Of a stretch of 64,000 nt of DNA, positions 53,810 to 64,000 are shown piece by piece; position 1 is the first letter of the stretch, and each line of letters opens with the position of its first letter. The notes beneath the pieces were generated by a model, which did no database searches, was not told where the DNA came from, and worked only from the letters and a program-made list of their open reading frames with translations. This DNA comes from the human T2T-CHM13v2.0 reference genome, Homo sapiens. The translations under genes and the position numbers were made by a program. The stretch is from assembly GCF_009914755.1 (NCBI RefSeq), contig NC_060926.1; one strand, given 5' to 3'.

Positions 53810-54075
53810 AATGGGGTTAGCTGTTGCCACAAGGCTCCAGCCACTTGCTGCCATGCGGGAAAGTGGCCTTGTGTTGCCAGTGCTTCTGGATTTTAAAAAG
53901 GAGCCAAAACAAGGTTTTTTAGGTGAAATCTCTTAGTGTTCATTTCATTGCTGGCAACTATTTCAATTTTTTTTAAAAAAAGGAAATTAAAGCCAACTTC
54001 CAGGCCTAACAACATATTATTGGTAATATATCTGCAAGCCCAATATGAATTGTGACCTGCTGGTTTTTAACATCT
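53810..54075. mobile_element. hAT-Charlie remnant (MER102-like)
   Basis: gtgttgccag...tctggattttaaaaaggagcc...gtgaaatctc...ctggcaactatttcaattttt. Confidence 0.45.
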
Positions 54076-54090
54076 GTTTAAACATAATCA

Positions 54091-54503
<413 letters not shown>

Positions 54504-54990
54504 TAAACATAATCATTGTGATCAGGAACTGGTGCTGAGCTGATAGTGAGGAAGCTGATCCTGTCCTTGAACACGGGCCAAAGGAGAGCCCGGCACTCTC
54601 GGAGGCTGCTTGCTTTAATTTACTACAAACAGAAAAAAATTGGGCTGCAATTTATTTTAATTTCATGGGATTTTTAAACAATCTTATTTCCATTTGATGT
54701 TGATCATCCTAATGATGATTATAATGAGGATGGTCAAAGAACTCACTGGTTTGGGTTGAAGAGCACATGGGGTTCTTGGGGGAGCAGCAAGTACAGCGGG
54801 GCAGAGCGTGTGCTCCTTTAAAATTACACCCAGGACCACGGGTCCTCCTGCCTATGCCCAGCATGTGTCTCGGGGCCAGGTCAGAGGCTTCATTGTCAGA
54901 TAGATATGGTCTATGCCACAGCTTCCTGAGCTGCGACATGGAAACACTAATACCTCACAGCGTCCTTGGGAGTTAAATGAGACACCTACA

Positions 54991-55287
54991 GGCTGGGTGC
55001 GGTGGCTCACATCTGTTATCCCGGCACTTTGGGAGGCCGAGGCTGGTGGATCACTGAGATCAGGAGTTCAAGACCAGCCTGGCCAACATGGTGAAATCCT
55101 GTCTCTACTAAAAATTAAAAAATTAGCCAGGCATGGCGGCAGGCACCTGTAATCCCAGCTGCTTGGGAGGCTGAGGCATGAGAATACTTAAACCTGGGAG
55201 GCAGAGGTTGCAGTGAGCCAAGATCGCACCCCTGCACTCCAGCCTGGGCGACAGGGAGAGACTCCACCTCAAAAAAAAATTTTTATA
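54991..55287 (+). mobile_element. AluS
   Basis: TSD taaatgagacacctaca 54974-54990/55288-55304. Confidence 0.95.
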
Positions 55288-55428
55288 TAAATGAGACACC
55301 TACAGGTCTCAGGTCTGTAAAATATCAGGCCACTTCCCAACAAATGCTTTACCTGTCCCACCCCCTACACATCTTGAGCATACCTCATCCTTGCTTACCA
55401 GGTCCAGTTTTAAAAAAAAATTACCTAG

Positions 55429-55861
<433 letters not shown>

Positions 55862-56630
55862 AGCTCCATTTTTAATAGTTGACTGTCTTCTTCTTGACAG
55901 ATTCTTTTTTTTAGGTAACTTTCATAAAGTTCCAAAATAATAATAGTTATTGGCATCCATCCTTTCTCTTTTAAAAAGGAGGGCAAGGGTGTATTTCGGG
56001 GACCAACGCAAACAGGTATGGACAGGTGGGCAGAGGTGGGGTTCAGCCAAGCCAGGTGAAAGGGCTCAGGGGGATGTCCAGCACCCAAGGAATGAAGCCA
56101 GCATCCTGGCCTTGAAACACTAGCTGGTCAGCTCTTTCCCCAGAGAGGCCCCTCTGGCTCTTGGGTACCTTTGTCTGCTGGGGGGAAGGAAAGGAACAAA
56201 AGTGGTATGTATCGAGCACATTTGCTTCTCCTTTTCACTCCCCACATCATGTAATGGTCACAGAATCCTATTCATCCTTCTGAAGGACGCTTCTCATCAA
56301 CCCCACATTCAGTGCTCCACTGGGGACCTCATCACGATTTGCCTTCAAATCTCCAACTGCTCCACACTCCCCCAGACCACCTTCTGGGGACCTGGGGCTG
56401 GGGCCAGGGGAGACTCCACCTGTCTTTCCCAAGCTGAGAGTGGGGATGCAGACACTCAGTGGCTCTCAAGGGAAAAATGATTCCTTAGCCCCAGTCCCTC
56501 TGCAGCCTCAGGGCCCAACCCCACCATGCACCCAGCACCGAAGCCACACTGCGTTTATCATCATTTTCTGAATAGGCCAGGCCCAGGCACAACTCAGTGC
56601 CATTATTGACAGTATTGCCTTTGTGCCTGG

Positions 56631-56661
<31 letters not shown>

Positions 56662-57716
56662 TCACAAGCCTTTAAGATGTTGTAACCCCATTCCTGCAAA
56701 CAAGGTATCATGAAAGTTGGGTCCTTATTCCAGGGTTCAAGACAAATTTCATGATGACACAAGGCATGTGTTAAGGAATATGCTTGACTAGGGGAAGGGC
56801 AAATTTACCAAGCCAGGGCCTGCAAAATAAATGAAGGCAGAGGTCCCTGAACCCACCCATCTTCCCACAGCTGCTGGACCACACTGTGGGTCTATTTAGC
56901 AATGGAGGCCCCCACTGCACCTGTCATTCTTTTTTCATATCCTACAAGTAAAAACAAATTCAACAAGGCACTCTGGTGCAATGCAGTCTGGATTTGCCAG
57001 CTGTTTATAGAAGTTGTCTGAAAGTGCCAACTGCCTGGCCCTTGGAGCCCACAGGACAGAAGAGACCTTCTTGTCAGGGGAAGAACTGCTAAGGCCATGG
57101 GCTAGGTTCAGATGCAGCTTCTCCAATAGAGAGGAGATAGGAATCTCCCATCCAGCCCAAGCAACCTAGGGAAAGCCCCTGGGGTCACTTTAGACAATTC
57201 TGCTCCTTCCACCAAGCGAGCAAACTGAGGCTCGGAGCTTAAGGCAGGTGGGAAAGATCACATACCTCAGAGGTGGTGGAGTCCAGATTCTAGATCAGGC
57301 TCTTCCTACCATGCTGTATGTCACAATCACCCTCATTATCCAATCCAGGGTCCTCTGCAGCTGTGTGCAGGCCTCATTCTCTCATGGAGGGGCCCCCCGG
57401 AGTCAGCCCACCCATAGGTATCTCGAGTTTATGGGAGGTGAGGGTCCTGCCCTCCTGGGTTCTCCAGGATGACTGGAACCAAGAAGAAGTCTTGAGGATA
57501 CCAACAATACAAGTTCAATTGTGCTGCCTTATCACCCGAGATTTCTAGATGGCAGGGTCACTTTTTCTAAGTTTGGTTGCCCAATTTTCAGTGCCTCCGC
57601 CAAAAAAAACCCGTGCATGCTCAAGTAAGTGCAGATATTATTAACATCTCATCTCCCTTTCCCAACACAGCAGAAACAGGGGCTCAACATAGATAATAGT
57701 GAAGTCCTATAGTGGG

Positions 57717-57718
<2 letters not shown>

Positions 57719-57763
<45 letters not shown>
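57719..57763. repeat. (GT)n microsatellite
   Basis: About 22 uninterrupted GT units. Confidence 0.95.
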
Positions 57764-57767
<4 letters not shown>

Positions 57768-59413
57768 GATCCCTATGTGGGGTTCTGGGTTGAAAAACCT
57801 GGCAGGGGAGTTTGATAAACTGTCCTTACCTTTCACAGGATTCTGTGCAGTTTTGTGATAGCCAACCCATATGGGTCAAAGACTGCCATAAACTATGGAC
57901 CTCTAATAGACAGCAGATAGAATACATAGCAATTTATACCCTATACTTGCTGTAATGTCAAAGTTTCAGATAATTTAATATAGAGGAATTCCAAAAGTAG
58001 TTTAAACACACACACACCATCATAAAATGGTGTTAAACCTGTCCTTCCCTGGCCCAGGTCAGGATATTTCAAGACGTACTTATATCCCCCACGTCTCCTC
58101 CTCCCCAGTCCTGAGCAGTCTTCTACTGCCCCATTTGGTCATGGTACTACCCTTGACCCTGATCAGAATTATTTAAAACAATGCAACTAGCCTTGCCCGT
58201 AAGGATTCATGTGTCCACTGATTGGCCTCCATATGGAAGACACTCCTTGGTTTCTGCTGTTTGCTGGAATTATTTTGCTGTGTCTGAGAAGTTGTTGAAG
58301 GGATGGCTTCATGCATCTATAGGCTCTATCTCCTCTGCACAGCTGTGGCAATGTCAGCCCTCAAGGTAAATGCAGTGAACGCCATGCGAGAAATCCCCGG
58401 TTGGAGACAAGATGCTGTGAGATGAGGATGACATTCCAAATAGTGCAGCAGGCATTTGGAGATACAGCCCAAGAAATTCCAGAGGGCATGCAAATTACTG
58501 CCAGCTACAGTAGATACTGGGACATGTGGACGGATGGTCTGAGGGTGGATGATTCCAGAGGGAGTCATTTCGGGAATGCACAATGACCCTCTCAGAAAGC
58601 AGTCAGCCAGAAGAAGGCCCAATGAGGATCCAAGAGTGACCTTGTGGTCCTCAACCTTACTGCCTTAGTAATGGGTGGAAAACAATCTAAATATAAAGGC
58701 ATTTCTTTTTCTCCACTGTGCTTGCCTTGCTCAATTTGCAAGTCCAGGGACAAGGCCTACTATCTGGGATGTCAGAGAGCTAAGACTCCATTCTTTAATC
58801 ATCCTTATTTTTAGTCATGGGAACAAGGGATTTGAATTACTATGCTATCATCTCCTTGGGCTAAAATGCATCTTCTACTAAGAATCTTCATGGAAACATT
58901 AGGTCTGATTTTTTTTTTCTTCCATAACCTTTATTGTTGGGGGCATAGGTATTCTCCAAAAACTACTGTTAAATAATCCAGATTTGCTAACCCATCTATA
59001 ATCTTGTTCTGATTCCCTCTTTAGTTTCATCTTCTCCGTCATCATCATTACTCCACAGATCACTTAAATCCCCCTACTTGCACACCTACTACCTAGAGAA
59101 TGTTGTTTTCAAAAGTCATCTTTCCTTTAATAGATAACTGCACAGAACAGCAAGCGTTATGCTCGTCATGGAATTTGGAGAGCAGGCTTGCATTTGGGAA
59201 TTCAGCAGTCAGCAAAGGTGCTGGTCCTTTTTTTGGAGACCTGTCAGTCTTCAGTTGAATATCAGAGTACACTCCTGACCTGCTGCAGTTTGCATTCAGT
59301 GATTTTGACCTTTCCAGTAGGGTGTGTTGCAATGGTGAACTTCCTATTGGCTCAATGAGCCTCATTTGGAATCAGTTGGGTAATTATGTCTTTTCTGGCT
59401 TCCCACCCTTTCT

Positions 59414-60206
59414 TTTTTTTTTTTTTTTTTTTTTTAACTTGCTATTAAAATTCATTTTTATTTTTATTTTTTGGAGTTGCTTGAATATATTTTAATAATT
59501 TTTAGATACTTTTTTTCTTTTTTTTTTTAATTATACTTTAAGTTTTAGGGTACATGTGCACATTGTGCAGGTTAGTTACATATGTATACACGTGCCATGC
59601 TGGTGCGCTGCACCCACTAACTCGTATCTAGCATTAGGTATATCTCCCAATGCTATCCCTCCCCCCTCCCCCCTCCCCACCACAGTCCCCAGAGTGTGAT
59701 ATTCCCCTTCCTGTGTCCATGCGATCTCATTGTTCAATTCCCACCTATGAGTGAGAATATGCGGTGTTTGGTTTTTTGTTCTTGCGATAGTTTACTGAGA
59801 ATGATGGTTTCCAATTTCATCCATGTCCCTACAAAGGACATGAACTCATCATTTTTTATGGCTGCATAGTACTCCATGGTGTATATGTGCCACATTTTCT
59901 TAATCCAGTCTATCATTGTTGGACATTTGGGTTGGTTCCAAGTCTTTGCTATTGTGAATAATGCCGCAATAAACATACGTGTGCATGTGTCTTTATAGCA
60001 GCATGATTTATAGTCATTTGGGTATATACCCAGTAATGGGATGGCTGGGTCAAATGGTATTTCTAGTTCTAGATCCCTGAGGAATCGCCACACTGACTTC
60101 CACAATGGTTGAACTAGTTTACAGTCCCACCAACAGTGTAAAAGTGTTCCTATTTCTCCACATCCTCTCTAGCACCTGTTGTTTCCTGACTTTTTTATGA
60201 TTGCCA
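59414..60206 (-). mobile_element. 5'-truncated L1PA2-type LINE-1 with 3' transduction
   Basis: L1 body 59529-60206 (ORF2 C-terminus WKSVWRFLRDLELEIPFDPAIPLLGIYP...RIFSLIGGN, 3'UTR with GAG rather than Ta ACA); L1 tail 59510-59528; unique 59436-59509; second tail 59414-59435; TSD 59399-59413/60207-60221. Confidence 0.92.
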
Positions 60207-60422
60207 CTTACCACCCTTTCTAATTAGTGTGCTTTACCTAACCTGAGCCAGCAGCAACTGTCTCAAACTCTCTGCATCCCTTTCTACTTAATCTAAGCAG
60301 CTTGCTTGACTAGACAGTAAATATCAATGGCTAAAAGACTCAGAATTCTTCCTCCCCCTCTCTGTCCTCTCCCATTTTTCTTCTTCCTTGTCAACTTATG
60401 TGATAATAGTACCTTGATTTTT

Positions 60423-60737
<315 letters not shown>

Positions 60738-62699
60738 AATACCTTGATTTTTAATCATCCTTTTTATCTTTCCAGTTAGTGTCACACCTTTGAGTTCATC
60801 TGGGATAGGAGGGGAGAGGGGGCGGGTTGGAGGGCTGGTCTGAGTGCCCTCAAGATGAAAGCATTTCCAAGGCAGGGTCACCTGCTTAGACAGTTGCCCT
60901 GACCCCCTTCCCGTGTGGGAAGACAGGACAGAGCCCACGCAAATCTTCCTTGCAGTGGAGATGACCGAAGTCTGGCTCTTGGGATGCGTAGCTTTGATGA
61001 AGGTCACTCAGAAGCTGTTGGCAGGTATGAGCTCAAAACCTTGCTTGCTCTCATCCTACACATCTCCATGAGTTCAATGCTTCTCAGAAAGTTCTAGTCA
61101 CAGAACCTTCACTTGAAACGAAATTCAAGCAGAATTGCACTGTTTGGAGCAGATAGCAGCTGAGTAGCTGAGAGCCAGGGATGTGGGGGTGCCAGGAATA
61201 GCCTTCCCCTCAGTCTCCCCTTGCCCCACCCTCTGTCCCTGCAGTACCCCCACCAAACATCCCAAGAACCACTGCCCCCCAGACCACGCAGCCTCCTTTA
61301 GCCAAAGGGTGTTGTAAGCTGAGCCTTCCCTATCCCCTATTCCTCTTTTCCCCAACCAGAGAGGACAGATGCTCCCAAGTAAATGAGCTGAAATTCAAGT
61401 CAGAGACATTCCTAGGGGCTGTTTACTTGGTGTTCCATGCCTAACGGGTTCGGATGTGTCCTCTGGCTGAATCATGCCTCTGATGGTCCAGCAGATGCTG
61501 CCAAGAAGCAGGGTTGGCGTTGGGCAGCAGGGTCGCCACTGCAGACATGTGGCATCTGATACCTCCCCACCTGCTTGACCCTTCCAGCATCTCTCCCTTC
61601 CGCAGACAGATTCCTGGCTCTGTTGTTTGGGGTTTCCTCATGCCTTCTCATCCTTTCTGTACTGTGTCTGCACTGAGTCTGAGATCAGGGAAGCATCTCA
61701 AATTACAGAGCAGGGATTTGGGAAAGGAGAGAAGATATGGAAATGTTGATACCCAAGAAAGTCCTGCTTTTAAAAAAAATTATTAGGTAGTACTCAGCAA
61801 GCTTCCAGCGGAGCGGATAGTAGACTCCACATCCCTTTGTACTTAATCTAAGAGGCTTGTTTGACTAGGCAATCTAGACATCTCCTGCGAGCAGCAGTAG
61901 TGTGCCGGACCTGGAGTCAGAAGCCTGGTTCTGCTTCCAGCTCAGCAGTGAACAGTTCCAGTGACGCTTTAAACTTGGCCTATATTGTTAATAAAATAAA
62001 ATGTCATTTCCAAGGCCTCTTCTAAGCTCTATCTTTGTGTTTAACAGGCCACTGATAGCTTACTGCCTGGCAGTAAGTCCTCAGCCCCCTTCAGAGCAAA
62101 GGGGTCCAGGAGGCTCTTTCAGTGAAGTTGTTCTGGACAGTGTCCTGCACCTTGAATGAAATCAGCCTTGTAACCTGGCTCAGGCCAAAAGCATCCATAC
62201 ACTGGACCAAGGGAAGCTAGTCACTAGTCAGGTGGCCCATAGCCACTCTATCCAAAGGGGACCCTCCTTATTGATGGTGACCAGACCTGAGATTCTCTCA
62301 TGCCAGGAAGATGACTGAAGTTCTTACAGAGAACATGCTGGAGCAACCCAGGAAGACAGGGTAATCTGAACAAGGACTGCCATTGCTCTACTTCTTCAGG
62401 GCACACCCATAGGCCAGTTCCGGGAGCACTGTGACCTAGCACTCAGTTTCTCATGTGGCCTTATGGTCAACACCCATCACCAGAGGAAGGTCAGGCCCAT
62501 CTTGTCCTGGCAACCTAGTATCACCTGGAGGCGATGATTCCATTCTATTTTGCAAGGAGGTCATGATGTGTAGGAGGTAAGTCCTGGGTCTTAAATCAAC
62601 TGAGATTGCAAATCGGGTGTTGAGCATTACTCCTTGTTTCTAACCCTACACATAGGATTAACTCCACGTGGGTCAATGGAGCAAAGATTTCTTCAAAAT

Positions 62700-63170
62700 C
62701 AGGAGCCTGAGTAGTTTATTACTAATAAGGTGACCTTGAAAAAGATGCTTGACCTCTGTCTTAGTTTCCTCACCGCCTGATAGGGACAATGTTGTTCAAT
62801 CTACCTACGTCCTAGGGCTGCTGTAGAAAGAAATCAAATGGAATCACGTACATGAACATACTCAGTCATACAATGGACTAAGTAAATAACTGTCCTTAAA
62901 ACCCAGAGAGTGAGGGGCATGAGACAGGAGAGCATGGAACTAACAGCACTGGCTCTGGAATCAGACTTGATTGAGTTCAGATCATGGCTCTGCCAATTCC
63001 TACAAGAGTGACCTTGGACAAATTACTTAGCCTTTCTGGGCCTCAGTTTTCTCATCTGTAAAATAGCAATAATATAGCACTTACTTTATAGGGTTTCTTA
63101 ATTAAGTTAATGTATGTCAAGAGAAGTGCCTAGCACATAGTAAATGCTCCCAAATGTCCATTATTATAAA
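62700..63170 (+). mobile_element. Two adjacent MIR remnants
   Basis: gtgaccttggacaaattacttagcctttctgggcctcagttttctcatctgtaaaat...gtgcctagcacatagtaaatgctc. Confidence 0.7.
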
Positions 63171-64000
63171 GAATGCCACATACCTCTGGCCAGAAGCACA
63201 TTCTGTGGGCTCCCACAGCCCTCCTGTGCCCATAGAAGGGAAGCACTTGCTCTGGACCTTGGCATTCTTGAAGGGATGCGTGGTGGGTCTTCCTCCAGCA
63301 GAGATGGTTCCTGGCCTCCTATTCTGGCACAGTTGACTGTGAGACCACGTGCAACTTCCACCTTCCCAAGAGCTTCAGTTTCCTGCCCTAGAAAAGAAAG
63401 GCATTCGTAATGACCTGTCCCACAAATGGTCACTTGGATTGCCTCATTTGTGGTGTCCTGGACAAAACCCCTACTCCACGATTTCCTGGATGTACACCCT
63501 ACTGCAGAGGGGCGCATGAGCCCACGCATGCCACCAAATCAGCAAGAGAAGTCGAGTAAACAACCCTGGGCCTAAAGAGCTCCCTCGGGAAGGCATGGAG
63601 AATTATTTTTGCTTTAAATATCTCTAAAGAAGGTTTAGAAAAGGGACTCTCCAGCTTTTCCTTTGCCTTTACGTTTTCTGGTTAGGAACATTGAAATTTC
63701 CTATCTTGAGTCCAGGATGAAGTGGACATTTTTAAAGGGGGTTTTATTTCCAGAACACAGTCTGTTCTTCTCAGCAAAGCCCTTAATTGGAAACAGTTGT
63801 CACTGACCCCATTGGCATGCCCCAGGGTGGGGAGGGCATGCACCCAGCCTGCAGTGATTTTGCTCTGCCATTTCCAAGGAGGCAGCCTGAAGAACTGAGC
63901 CCCATATGCTGGGGGCCTCGCTGGGCTGACCAGTCTGCTTGGTAAAGGGCCGGGGCAGAGGGTGGTTTCAGCTGTGCACACTTGGTTTCTGCAGTGGTTC

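Noticed and set aside
59734-60105. 123-aa ORF as a gene
   Set aside because: It is the C-terminus of L1 ORF2p in a 5'-truncated element with no promoter.

Overview
Primate genomic DNA, almost certainly human (about 40 Alu elements, a young L1PA2-type L1, MaLR/ERV LTRs). It is repeat-rich and intergenic or intronic, with no spliced protein-coding exons that I can support. The one real coding-like feature is a full-length, intronless retrocopy of RPLP0 (48679-49774; intact 317-codon ORF 48755-49708). Its six substitutions match my recollection of the P0-like pseudogene product RPLP0P6 (chr2p22, recalled, not searched). Nearly all other ORFs in the track are Alu/L1-derived or chance ORFs. I found no convincing new biological system. 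The most interesting structures read directly from the sequence are: (1) a 5'-truncated L1PA2 carrying a 74-bp 3' transduction with its own polyA signal and tail inside one TSD pair; (2) the RPLP0 retrocopy nested in the A-tail of an AluY, with two nested TSD pairs; (3) three tandem duplications inside Alus within 8 kb, two apparently very recent; (4) a compact STAT/CRE/NF-kB motif cluster near 41.0 kb; (5) perfect matches to the 36B4 'single-copy' qPCR primers. Repeat subfamily names are from memory of consensus sequences, and boundaries of old repeats are approximate.
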